Made by a program: the position numbers and the translations under genes. This document shows, in pieces, positions 1 to 10,320 of a stretch of DNA of 64,000 nt. Numbering within the stretch: position 1 is the first letter of the stretch; each line of letters opens with the position of its first letter. The stretch is from Promethearchaeia archaeon (GTDB lineage Archaea; Asgardarchaeota; Lokiarchaeia; Sigyniarchaeales; SOKP01), in assembly GCA_029856155.1 (NCBI GenBank), contig JAHQWL010000088.1, positions 25,459 to 89,458 of the forward strand. The letters run 5' to 3'. The notes below the pieces were generated by a model. That model was not told where the DNA came from. It searched no databases and saw only the letters and a program-made list of their open reading frames with translations.

Positions 1-1
1 T

Positions 2-859
2 ATGGTGATATCCGATGATTCATTTAACTCAATAGTAACAGGTATTCAACAAGGAAGGGGGATATTCGCAAGAATCCGAGCTGTAGTATTTTTCTATATT
101 GTTATTAATGTATTTGAAGGTATTGTCCAATTTATATTAGCTATTATACTAGATTTGCCTTATTTCTTAGATGAAGCTTTCTATTATCAATGGGTTTTTC
201 TTTCAATAACTTTACATATATTTCCAGGATTAATTCTTACATTTGATACTACTTCAAAAGACATAATGAAAGAAAAGCCGCGAGATTCAGAAGAAATCCT
301 TTCAAAAAATACTTTTAATCTATTATTTATATTTGGTATTTTACTTGCTATAAGTATGGTGATAGTGTATTTCATAACAATTACAGGCTTATATCCTGTT
401 TTTCCTGAAAATATAGTTCCAGGATATCTATATTTTGATGAATCACTATTACCTCCCGAGATATATAATATTCCAGAAGTTGCATTAGCCGACGTTTTAG
501 AAAAAATAAATGTAATCAGAACTATTGGAAAAACCTTAACAATGATGATGTGCACTCTATTTTTCTGTGAATCTTTTCTTGTATATCAGATTAGAAGGCC
601 AAATAAATCTTTGATAAAGAGTCTTATTGAAGATCGAAATAAATTTATGTTTCTTCTAATTGGACTTTTATTCTTTGTTTTCATTGCTCTAATATATATT
701 CCTGGAGTACAAGTTTTCTTAGCTTCTGCAGGACTCAATTTTATGTTCATGTTTCTAACAGGATTAGATTGGCTGGTATGTTTCTTAATCTCTTTAGTCT
801 GCATCGTATCGTTTGAGATTGTAAAGTTTGTGGCGCGTAAAAAAGATATTACGTTTTAA
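2..859 (+). CDS. Cation-transporting P-type ATPase, C-terminal part (5' end lies outside the window)
   Basis: DDSFNSIVTGIQQGRGIF hinge motif, MKEKPRD motif and several TM helices, as in the C-terminus of type II P-ATPases. Confidence 0.85.
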   Translation: MVISDDSFNSIVTGIQQGRGIFARIRAVVFFYIVINVFEGIVQFILAIILDLPYFLDEAFYYQWVFLSITLHIFPGLILTFDTTSKDIMKEKPRDSEEILSKNTFNLLFIFGILLAISMVIVYFITITGLYPVFPENIVPGYLYFDESLLPPEIYNIPEVALADVLEKINVIRTIGKTLTMMMCTLFFCESFLVYQIRRPNKSLIKSLIEDRNKFMFLLIGLLFFVFIALIYIPGVQVFLASAGLNFMFMFLTGLDWLVCFLISLVCIVSFEIVKFVARKKDITF

Positions 860-938
860 AATCATCTTTTTTCTTTTATTTTTCTTAAATTTGATAATAA
901 AGGATACTTTTTTATTATAAACTTGATTTTTTTCTTTT

Positions 939-1484
939 ATGTTAAGAGGGAAAAGAATCAAATTAGGTCCTATTAAAAGAGAATATATTGATTCATTTCT
1001 AAAATGGTTTAATGATCCCGAAATTACTCAATATCTTATAATCTATCGTCCAATGACTAGGATGGCTGAAGAAGAATGGATGGAAACATTAAAAGAACGT
1101 GAGGATACTATTCATTTTTCTATTGTTATTCCAAATGAAGATGGATCAGAGATTCTTATAGGTAATTGTGGAATTCATAAAATAGATTGGAAAAATCGAG
1201 TAGGAGAACTTGGAATAGTAATTGGAGAAAAAGAGTATCAAAATGAAGGATTTGGTACTGAAGCAATAGAAATATTATTAGAATATAGCTTTAACACGGT
1301 GAACCTAAACAGAATCGAATTGCTTGTCTATGATTACAATGTTAGAGCCATGAAAGCATATAAAAAAGTAGGATTTATTGAAGAAGGGCGAAAGCGGCAA
1401 TTTATGTGGTATAAGGGAGCTTATCATGATGCGATAATGATGGGAATATTAGCTGAAGAATGGGTAAAGAAAAATAAAAAATAA
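939..1484 (+). CDS. GNAT family N-acetyltransferase (RimJ/RimL/SpeG-like)
   Basis: ELGIVIGEKEYQNEGFGTEA acetyl-CoA motif; NVRAMKAYKKVGF. Confidence 0.9.
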   Translation: MLRGKRIKLGPIKREYIDSFLKWFNDPEITQYLIIYRPMTRMAEEEWMETLKEREDTIHFSIVIPNEDGSEILIGNCGIHKIDWKNRVGELGIVIGEKEYQNEGFGTEAIEILLEYSFNTVNLNRIELLVYDYNVRAMKAYKKVGFIEEGRKRQFMWYKGAYHDAIMMGILAEEWVKKNKK

Positions 1485-1485
1485 T

Positions 1486-2541
1486 TTATTCTAATTCCTT
1501 AAAGTATGGGATTATCTTATCTCGAAATATTTCATAGACTTTATTTGTATCGGGACCTCTATTCATTAAACTCATATGTGTTGCTCCGGCTTGTTTATAT
1601 TTTTCTATACTTGAAATGACATCATCGATTGTGCCTAAACAATTAGTATCTTGCAGAATTGTTTCAGGCAATTTATCCAGATTCTCTAAGTAATCCATTG
1701 AATTCATACTATTCATTTCAAAATCATGAACATTAAAATCTTCTGGTAAATCTAAGTTAGGATATGCTTCGTTCGTAATGAAGGAATTTAATAGATAGGA
1801 AGATTTAAAGAATTCACATCTTTTTATAGCATTCTCGGGATCCTCATTATCAATGGCTACAAAGCAATCATAAACATAATCAATCTCAGTAGGATCTCTG
1901 CCAGCTGCTTTTGCTGCATCAAAAACCTCTTTTTGTTTCTCCTTATAGAGCCATGGCGGTTGATAAAGTGGATACCACCCATCTGCTAATTCTCCAGTTA
2001 TTTGACGAGTTTTTGGTCCATTGCCAGCAATATAAATTGGTGGACTTTTCTGAATTGGTTTTATTTGAATATAGGCTTTTTTTATTTCTCCCCAGAATTC
2101 ACTGTTTCTATTAACTTTTTTCTTGGTCCAAAATTCCCTCAATAAGATAATATACTCTCGTAATTTTGAAACAGATTTGTTTCTATCTAAACCATACATG
2201 TCAATATTCATTGCCTCTCCTGCTCCAAGCCCAATCATACCTCTCCCATTAGAGATCTGGTCTAATGTAGCTACTTTATGAGCCATTAATGCTGGATGAA
2301 AGCGATGACAATCAGAGACACCAGTGCATAATTTAATTTTTTTTGTTATCATCGCTAAGGATGTTAAAAAGCAATAGGCATCATAGCATGTTCCTGGACC
2401 TGGAGGTAACATTATTGTATGATCTGCATAAAAAACACCAAAAAACCCACACTCTTCAGCCTTTTTTGTTCCTTCGAACATATATTCAAGACGAGGCGTT
2501 GGTACAGGGATATGGAAACTAAACTTCATTATTCTAATCAT
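1486..2541 (-). CDS. LLM class flavin/F420-dependent oxidoreductase
   Basis: YADH, HPALMAHKVATLDQISNGR, GLGAGE, PPIYIAGNGP, ADGW motifs. Confidence 0.9.
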   Translation of the reverse strand: MIRIMKFSFHIPVPTPRLEYMFEGTKKAEECGFFGVFYADHTIMLPPGPGTCYDAYCFLTSLAMITKKIKLCTGVSDCHRFHPALMAHKVATLDQISNGRGMIGLGAGEAMNIDMYGLDRNKSVSKLREYIILLREFWTKKKVNRNSEFWGEIKKAYIQIKPIQKSPPIYIAGNGPKTRQITGELADGWYPLYQPPWLYKEKQKEVFDAAKAAGRDPTEIDYVYDCFVAIDNEDPENAIKRCEFFKSSYLLNSFITNEAYPNLDLPEDFNVHDFEMNSMNSMDYLENLDKLPETILQDTNCLGTIDDVISSIEKYKQAGATHMSLMNRGPDTNKVYEIFRDKIIPYFKELE

Positions 2542-2692
2542 ACTCCTCTAGTATTGTTTAATCTTTTTTTGAACATTATTTATCAAAATTTGTATTTTTA
2601 TTCAAATCTTTTGATAAATTTTAAAATCCAAGAGATTTATAAAATTTTTAGAATTTCTTTAACATAATAAGAAAATATATAGAAGTGATAAA

Positions 2693-3814
2693 ATGGATAT
2701 TGATATAAAATTCGGGACAGAGGGTACATTTATCCCTCCTTTTGATAGGGGTATTGAAACCATAAAGAGAATCGAGAATAGTGGTTATGATTCAGTATGG
2801 TTTGCAGATCATTTAATGGGGTGGATTCCAGAATCAATTTGGACTCCAGACCTTATTGAAATGTCAACAATTCAGAATAGTCCACATGATTTTTACGATG
2901 TTTTTTCTGTAATGTCAGTGGCAGCTTGGAACACTAAAAATGTTAAATTGGGTACGAGTGTTACAGAGACTTTTAGGAGACATCCAGCTGTGCTAGCCCA
3001 AACCTTTTTAACGTTGGATCATATATCAAAAGGGCGATCAATTCTCGGCATCGGTACCGGTGAAGGGGAAAATATCATTCCATATGGTATAAAATGGGAG
3101 AAACCTGTTAGCAGATTGGAAGAGGCAATAAAAATAATAAAACTCCTTTGGGAAAATGAAGGAAAAGTCAGTTTTGATGGGAACTTTTGGAAATTAAAAA
3201 ATGCTGTCCTTTCTATAAAACCCTATGAAGAAAAAAAATATCCTCCGATATGGATCGCAGCACATGGCCCTAAAATGTGTGAATTGACGGGGAGATTAGG
3301 AGATGGTTGGATACCGTCCAACTTTAATCCTAAAACATATAAAGAAAAGCTTGATATTATTCAAAATTCAGCAAAAAAAGCAGGACGTAGTCCAGAAGAT
3401 ATTACACCCGGTTTATGGTGCAATTTAATTATTGATGAAGATCATAATGAATGTGATAAACTATTAGAATCCGCTTATGTAAAAAACTATAGTTTAATTC
3501 AATCAAATGAATATTTTGAAAAATTTGGTATTTCACATCCATTCGGCAAAGATTTTTACGGCCTTCTTGACTATATCCCTACAAACTATGACCGAGAAAC
3601 TATGCTTGAAGCTTTTAGTAAGATACCAGCAAAATTGTGCGATGAAAGTTTTTTACATGGCACACCAGATGAGATTATATCTAAAATTGAAGACTATGCC
3701 AAAGCTGGTTTGAAACATATTGTTCTTTATAATATTACCTATAATTGCGATATTACTAAAATAAAAAGTTCATTTGGATGTGTAAAGAAAATATTACAAT
3801 ATTTCAAGGGTTAA
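2693..3814 (+). CDS. LLM class F420-dependent oxidoreductase (phthiodiolone ketoreductase-like clade)
   Basis: WFADHLMGW, RRHPAVLAQTFLTLDHISKGR, GIGTGEGEN, PPIWIAAHGP, GDGW. Confidence 0.85.
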   Translation: MDIDIKFGTEGTFIPPFDRGIETIKRIENSGYDSVWFADHLMGWIPESIWTPDLIEMSTIQNSPHDFYDVFSVMSVAAWNTKNVKLGTSVTETFRRHPAVLAQTFLTLDHISKGRSILGIGTGEGENIIPYGIKWEKPVSRLEEAIKIIKLLWENEGKVSFDGNFWKLKNAVLSIKPYEEKKYPPIWIAAHGPKMCELTGRLGDGWIPSNFNPKTYKEKLDIIQNSAKKAGRSPEDITPGLWCNLIIDEDHNECDKLLESAYVKNYSLIQSNEYFEKFGISHPFGKDFYGLLDYIPTNYDRETMLEAFSKIPAKLCDESFLHGTPDEIISKIEDYAKAGLKHIVLYNITYNCDITKIKSSFGCVKKILQYFKG

Positions 3815-3890
3815 ACTCTATGAAAAACTTTTTTCCAAATTAAATAATGTTTTTCCTATTGTTTTATTTATAATTTATAAGTGAGCAATT

Positions 3891-5024
3891 ATGGATATTT
3901 CAGAAATAAAAATAGGAACTGAAAGTAGCATTTTTGGACCAGTTGATAAGGGAATTACTCAAATAAAAAGGTTAGAGGAAATTGGTTTTGATTCTGTTTG
4001 GATGGCAGATCATTTAATGGGTTGGACCCCTGAATCAATATGGACTCCGGATCTTATTAAAGTAGCAGCGGTTCAACAAGATCCTCACATTTTTCATGAG
4101 GTATATTCTATATTAGCTGTTGTTGCATGGATTACAAATAAAATATTGTTGGGAACAAGTGTCACCGAGACATTCCGAAGGCATCCAGCAGTATTGGCAC
4201 AAACCTTGATAACTCAAGATAATATATCTAAAGGTCGAGTTATTTTAGGAATTGGTACTGGAGAAGGAGAAAATATTGTTCCTTATGGGATAAAATGGGA
4301 TAAGCCCGTAAGTAGGCTAGAAGAATCAATAAATATAATTAAACTCCTTTGGGAAAGTGATAAAAAAGTAAATTATAACGGAGAATTTTGGAAGCTTAAG
4401 GATGCTGTTCTAACCGCAAAACCATTTAAAAAAAATAAATATCCTCCTATTTGGATTGCTGCACATGGACCTAAAATGCTAAATTTAACTGGACGATTGG
4501 GTGATGGATGGTTACCCGCATATTCGGACCCTCAAGCTTATAAATATAGATTAAATCATATTCACAATGCAGCTAAAAAAGCTGGAAGAGATATTGATGA
4601 GATTACACCTGGTTTGTATTCATATCTAATTATAGATGAGGATCATAACGCATGTGATGATTTAATTGGGAGTCCTTATGTTAAAAACATGTTGTTAACA
4701 TTTCCGAATTCTGTTTATAAAGAATATGGAACAAAACATCCATTAGGCGAAGATTTTTATGGATTAATTGATTACATTCCCACGAAATACGATCGAGAAA
4801 CAATACTAGAAGCTATTAATAAAATTCCTCAAAAAATGTGTGATGATCATATCTTGCACGGGACACCTGATGATATTATTGGAAAAATTGAAGAATATGC
4901 AAAGGTTGGAATGAAACATATTGTTCTTACTAACTTAACCTTTGTAAATGATTTATCGAAAGTTAAAAGCTCATATTATTATATGCAAAAAGTACTAAAA
5001 TATTTCAAGGATAACAATCCTTAG
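3891..5024 (+). CDS. LLM class F420-dependent oxidoreductase, tandem paralog of 2693..3814
   Basis: Same motifs; long identical stretches shared with the upstream gene. Confidence 0.85.
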   Translation: MDISEIKIGTESSIFGPVDKGITQIKRLEEIGFDSVWMADHLMGWTPESIWTPDLIKVAAVQQDPHIFHEVYSILAVVAWITNKILLGTSVTETFRRHPAVLAQTLITQDNISKGRVILGIGTGEGENIVPYGIKWDKPVSRLEESINIIKLLWESDKKVNYNGEFWKLKDAVLTAKPFKKNKYPPIWIAAHGPKMLNLTGRLGDGWLPAYSDPQAYKYRLNHIHNAAKKAGRDIDEITPGLYSYLIIDEDHNACDDLIGSPYVKNMLLTFPNSVYKEYGTKHPLGEDFYGLIDYIPTKYDRETILEAINKIPQKMCDDHILHGTPDDIIGKIEEYAKVGMKHIVLTNLTFVNDLSKVKSSYYYMQKVLKYFKDNNP

Positions 5025-5298
5025 AAATCTAAAAGAAAAAAATTTTATTTCATTTTTGCTAAATTTTTATTTTATCTTTAATTTCAATTTTCAAGCAAAA
5101 ATTTTTTACATTTTGAATAAAAATTCAGGTTTCATAAGCACTAATAAAATATTATCTACAAATTTTAATAATTCAATTTCCGATTTATCCCATATAGAAT
5201 AAATAATAATGATTCAAATTTACATATCACTATTACTTAGATAATAGTACCAAAAGATTTACTCAAATATTTGATTTATATTGGAATGTAGAAGAACG

Positions 5299-8200
5299 AT
5301 GACTAAAATTAACAATTATAATATAAAGAAAAATAAAATTGTTTGCATTTTAATTATTTTCCTTACATTACTTATAACTTCTGATGTTAATCGAATAGCT
5401 AGAGATAATCTAAATAAAAAAAATGAATCAGATCTCATAACTACACCTAATAGTGATTTAGATTTAAAATTAAGTGATGAACCTTTAAATGAATATTCTG
5501 GAATAGGAAAAGCTCAAAATATTTCTGAAAGTGGGAATGGGAATTTTCAAAATTACAATTTGGATATAACAAATAACGATAATGCTTCGATACAAGTTCC
5601 AAATTATTGGAAAGCTAATGAAATCATATGTAATATATCCAATATTTATGAATATGATAAATATTGGATAAATGATACATTTGATTCGGGATATGATTCA
5701 GATTTTTGGAAAGGTTACACTAACTCTGAATATGTTTCTTTTGGTTGGCATGAGGCCTCAACTGGAACAAATGATTCAATATATATGAAATTTAGTGAAT
5801 CTGGTGCTTCATGGGTTAATGTAATTGCTAATTGGAATTGTACACTTCCAGTCCCAAAAGAACACATACCATTTGATAATTGGGAAATAATATATAAATA
5901 CCGTGTAATATATACCGATTATACTTGGCTACCTGGTGGAGGTGCTTATAATAGTTTAACTATTGATGTTGATGGTAGATCTCAGGAATTTACTCAACAA
6001 AAGCTTGATACTTTAGATAATGATACCTGGTATACTGGAAATGTTCCTTTGATTCAACCAGAGATATATAATTGGGCCCTTCCTGGCAATATATCATTAA
6101 TATTTGAAATAGGTTATAAAAATTCTTTCATTAATCCAACGGGTTATTTAAAAGTATTTTATGATAATATTACTCTGAAATTATCGACAATCCCAAAACC
6201 CTCTCAAATAAATCTTACTATCAATGATTTGACTAATGGGTATAATGCAAGTGTTAATGATCTTATTGAATTTGGTAAAGGGACAGTAAATTTAAAAAAT
6301 ACTTGGAATGGAGATGAAGGGGGAAAATACCATTATTTTTCGTTTTCCCATAATTCTACTGGTAATTTAGTTATCTATACAGATTTTTATGCAGAAGCTA
6401 CATCCTCTCGAAAAACAAACTCGCTATTGTTGATCGAGGGGAGTGAATTTATGGCTGAAAATAATTCTAAGACACAATGGACAATGTTTTTTACAGTAAC
6501 TCAACCTGGTTCTTATTCTAATGATTATTATTTCAATATTTCTAAACCATTAAATTGGAATATTACTGAGGTAATTGATCCTTATTTAAATAATAAAATA
6601 AATGATACAATAGGGGCAGGGTATGGTAATACAACTTTTACAATTCCTAATAACATAATAACTAATGGTTTATGGAAATTTGTAGCGGAGGCTCCAAATT
6701 ATATAAAAGAAGCAAATTTTTATAAATGGAGTGGTGTTGATTGGATTAAAAACTCTACTTTCCATCATGGAGAAAAATTAAAGATTAATGCTTCAATTAA
6801 TACTGAATTAATTCCAATTACAGAATTAACAAATGGATCTTTACAAATTTTTTATCCCAATGGAACCCTATTTTACGCAGAAAATACTTCTGTAAGTAGT
6901 GGTGGAAGTCTTGAATTTTCAGAAATTATCATAGGGAGAAAAAATGCAAGTGCTGGAAAATATTCAGTATGTATTATTTGGAATGATGATGATGTTAACA
7001 TGACTCAAGTTGGATTCTATAAACTAGAATTTATTGTATACCACCATACAAGTTTAACCGCTATTGACTCCTTTTTCGAACAGACTGCTGGAGAACCTCT
7101 CCTAATAAAAGTGAGATTTAATGATACTGTTCTTAATAAGGCAATTGAATTTGCGACAATCACTTATAAATCAACATTTGGTTCATCTGGAACAATGGCT
7201 TATATAGGTGCTGGAACATATTTTTCTGAAGTAAACACGGATGGTTTGGCACTTGGAGATTATTATTTTTCATTTAATGCCTCAAAACTCTATTATGAGA
7301 ATCAAACTGCTATAAATTTGATCCAATTAAGAATTATCGCCCAACCATTAACTTTGGAAGTGCCGAGTACTATTATTAGTGCGATTGCAAATGATTATGC
7401 TATTTGTCAGATAAATGTTACCGGGGCGATTTCTGAGGCGTTTATTACAGATGGTGTTAATATTAGCACGGATTGGGAAAATCCATATTCTATTGAAGAT
7501 TTTAATAACGGTACATTCGAACTTAACTTTTCTACATATCATTTACCCTCTCAAGGTATTATAGAGACTTTCACAGTTACTATTTTTGCTAATAAGACTG
7601 ATTATGGGAGTACTACTAGCTATATTTCGATACAAGTAACACCGTTAGCCACCACAGCATATTTAAACCAAACTGTTGTTAATGTATTATTAAATCAAGG
7701 TTTTTATTTAAAAGTAAATTATACTATTGCGGGAACGGGTGAATTAATTACCGGAGCAACCTTAAATGTGACATGGGCATCAACTTATACGATTTTTCCT
7801 GTTGCTGATGGTTTTATCGTATATTTTTCTACTAGTGGTCTTTCAATAGATATCTATACAATATTCTTTCAATTAAATCATCCAGAATATCAAACAGCAT
7901 TCGAAAGCATATTTGTAATTATAGAGGAAAATCCAACTTATATCGAAGTATATTTGAATCAACTAGACAGAACAACGGAAAAAACGATAACGATTCAATG
8001 GAATGAGGCTTTAAATATTACTATTTTATATAAAGATTCTTTAACCAATGATTTTATTTCTGGGGCTATAGTATATATGAATGGATCAGGGATTTCAAGA
8101 GTCTTAGATGAAAACGGACAACAATATTATACTATTTTAAGCTCGGGAGTCATGTCTGTTGGAATTCATTTTTTGACGGTTTCAATTGAAAAAGATAATT

Positions 8201-9423
8201 ATATTTTTGTTTCAGAGATTCTTAAAATAGTAGTAGAACAAGTAGTAATTTCTGTTGGGACTATCGATATTGAAAATTCTCTTGATGTTTATGCTGGAAG
8301 TGATCAATTAATTAAAATAAACTTAACGGAACAAAATTCTGGAAATTTAATTCCAAATGCCAATATCTCCTTCTTGTGGAGATTTGATATAGGTGAATTT
8401 GAAAATTTAGGTGATGGTACTTACCAAGTTCAATTAAATATTCCAAGTAGTGCATTGGGAAGTTATAGCGTAGAGCTTATAATATCTGTTGAAGGAGGAT
8501 ACTATAAAACAACAGAATCGTCTTTTCTTATAGTAGTATTACAAGAACAAACTCCAGATAATAGTTATTTAATCTGGGTAATAGCAATAGTGCTATTAAG
8601 TGTAATAGGGGTTCTTGGCGTTTTAATTGCAAGAAGTTATATATTCTTACCGAGGAAAAGAGAAAAGGAACAACAATTTTTAGACAAAATTCAAGTCTTT
8701 AAAGATCTTGAGAATATTCAAGGAATTATGCTTATTCAAAAATTAAGTGGCATGCCATTTTTCACAAAAAGTGTTTCTGAATTTAATTTTGAAGAAAATA
8801 TTCTAATTTCTGGTTTCATTCAAGCAATTACTTTATTTGGTGAACAATCTGTTATAGCTACTTCATTAAAAGAGAAAAAAAAACATCATGAAATATATTC
8901 TGAACATATAATTGAATTGAATTTCAAATTTTTTCATTTGTTGATTTGTGATTATCAGTGTCTAAGAACTCTTCTGATCCTTAAAGATGCATCTTCAGAG
9001 AAATTAAAAAATCAGTTATATATATTAACAGTTGAAATATGCTCTAAGTTTTCAGAAGAAATAGAAGATTATAAAGGAAAAGCTATTGAATTTGAAGAGA
9101 TTATTGAAATTTTAATGAACAAGTTCTTATTTTTATTTTATAATGAGCCTTTTAAGTTAAATCAAGGTGAAGTCTTTATAGAGTCTATGAAAAAGAGTCG
9201 CGAATTAGAATCAATGGAGTCTCGAGTTCTTAATGTAATAATAACTTTAACCAATTATAGTGAAGAAATCACACTAGATAGAATAATTCAAGAAATTGGC
9301 GAGGAAAATATAGATTTAATTTATGGGGGTTTACAATCTTTAATTGAAAATAAATTTATACTTCCTGCCTATTTCAAAAATAACAATTCAAATTCTTCAC
9401 CAAGTAAATCGATAAAGGGTTAA
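5299..9423 (+). CDS. Large single-pass cell-surface glycoprotein with cytoplasmic longin-like and winged-helix-like domains
   Basis: N-terminal signal/anchor; beta-rich Ig-like repeats with dozens of N-x-S/T sequons; TM YLIWVIAIVLLSVIGVLGVLI followed by a basic patch; longin-type SGMPFF...LISGFIQAI. ATG 5299 preferred over TTG 5281. Confidence 0.7.
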   Translation: MTKINNYNIKKNKIVCILIIFLTLLITSDVNRIARDNLNKKNESDLITTPNSDLDLKLSDEPLNEYSGIGKAQNISESGNGNFQNYNLDITNNDNASIQVPNYWKANEIICNISNIYEYDKYWINDTFDSGYDSDFWKGYTNSEYVSFGWHEASTGTNDSIYMKFSESGASWVNVIANWNCTLPVPKEHIPFDNWEIIYKYRVIYTDYTWLPGGGAYNSLTIDVDGRSQEFTQQKLDTLDNDTWYTGNVPLIQPEIYNWALPGNISLIFEIGYKNSFINPTGYLKVFYDNITLKLSTIPKPSQINLTINDLTNGYNASVNDLIEFGKGTVNLKNTWNGDEGGKYHYFSFSHNSTGNLVIYTDFYAEATSSRKTNSLLLIEGSEFMAENNSKTQWTMFFTVTQPGSYSNDYYFNISKPLNWNITEVIDPYLNNKINDTIGAGYGNTTFTIPNNIITNGLWKFVAEAPNYIKEANFYKWSGVDWIKNSTFHHGEKLKINASINTELIPITELTNGSLQIFYPNGTLFYAENTSVSSGGSLEFSEIIIGRKNASAGKYSVCIIWNDDDVNMTQVGFYKLEFIVYHHTSLTAIDSFFEQTAGEPLLIKVRFNDTVLNKAIEFATITYKSTFGSSGTMAYIGAGTYFSEVNTDGLALGDYYFSFNASKLYYENQTAINLIQLRIIAQPLTLEVPSTIISAIANDYAICQINVTGAISEAFITDGVNISTDWENPYSIEDFNNGTFELNFSTYHLPSQGIIETFTVTIFANKTDYGSTTSYISIQVTPLATTAYLNQTVVNVLLNQGFYLKVNYTIAGTGELITGATLNVTWASTYTIFPVADGFIVYFSTSGLSIDIYTIFFQLNHPEYQTAFESIFVIIEENPTYIEVYLNQLDRTTEKTITIQWNEALNITILYKDSLTNDFISGAIVYMNGSGISRVLDENGQQYYTILSSGVMSVGIHFLTVSIEKDNYIFVSEILKIVVEQVVISVGTIDIENSLDVYAGSDQLIKINLTEQNSGNLIPNANISFLWRFDIGEFENLGDGTYQVQLNIPSSALGSYSVELIISVEGGYYKTTESSFLIVVLQEQTPDNSYLIWVIAIVLLSVIGVLGVLIARSYIFLPRKREKEQQFLDKIQVFKDLENIQGIMLIQKLSGMPFFTKSVSEFNFEENILISGFIQAITLFGEQSVIATSLKEKKKHHEIYSEHIIELNFKFFHLLICDYQCLRTLLILKDASSEKLKNQLYILTVEICSKFSEEIEDYKGKAIEFEEIIEILMNKFLFLFYNEPFKLNQGEVFIESMKKSRELESMESRVLNVIITLTNYSEEITLDRIIQEIGEENIDLIYGGLQSLIENKFILPAYFKNNNSNSSPSKSIKG

Positions 9424-9450
9424 TTAATTTTTAGTATCTCTAAAATAAAT

Positions 9451-10221
9451 CTATTTAAATCCTTGACAAAAAGAATCCACGTTTTCTGGTAATACATTAT
9501 GATTATAACCTCCTTCTAATAAAGCAAATCGTCTTCCCCTACATAATTTCTCAGAATATTCGTTCATTAATCTTCCTAGTTCTGTGTAATCTTCAGGGTA
9601 TAGAAGATGCCCCCAATCCTCGATACCTTGATCGAATCCAGCACTTGCAACAAAAATATCAATATCCTTCAAATTTTCCATATATGATTTTACTTCATTA
9701 ATATAACCAGTTCTCCCACTTGAATCAGGATTAAGAATCTTAACCTTAAAGTCGTCATCTCTATTTGTTAAAATGTTTATATTTCCGTCTCCTGTATGAA
9801 GATCAAAATCTAATATAAATGCTGATTTAATTTTACTTTCAGAATATAATCTCAATAGACTTATACTAATATTGTTAAAATAACAAAATCCCCAACAAGA
9901 ATCTGCTGAAGCATGATGACCTGGAGGCCTAATAACGGCAAATGTTGGATTACCTTTAAACCCTTCCTCAGCAGCTAAAATTGCTCCGCCAGCAGCTAAG
10001 GATGCTAATTCACACAATAATTTGTCTCTTTTTATATTTTGGAGATGCCTATGAGTATGAGCTCTTAAAATATCTTCATCTGTCGCGGGAGTAGGAGTAA
10101 TGATTTCATATTCTTTGTTTTCTGAAATTTTGTCCATAATCCCTTCTAATCTTCCTGGAGAAGCTGCAGGGTCCCATGCATACTCAGAATTATAGTATTT
10201 TTCATGAAACACAATTTTCAT
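9451..10221 (-). CDS. Histone deacetylase/AcuC family Zn-dependent deacetylase
   Basis: RPPGHH, GFCYFN, DFDLHTGDG, SAGFD, LEGGY. Confidence 0.92.
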   Translation of the reverse strand: MKIVFHEKYYNSEYAWDPAASPGRLEGIMDKISENKEYEIITPTPATDEDILRAHTHRHLQNIKRDKLLCELASLAAGGAILAAEEGFKGNPTFAVIRPPGHHASADSCWGFCYFNNISISLLRLYSESKIKSAFILDFDLHTGDGNINILTNRDDDFKVKILNPDSSGRTGYINEVKSYMENLKDIDIFVASAGFDQGIEDWGHLLYPEDYTELGRLMNEYSEKLCRGRRFALLEGGYNHNVLPENVDSFCQGFK

Positions 10222-10320
10222 ACTTTTATCAACCTTATTTAATTACATTTAAAAAACCATATGATGAATATTATTTAACCATTTTAATAGATTTATTAAC
10301 TTTTTTTATAATATACGAAA

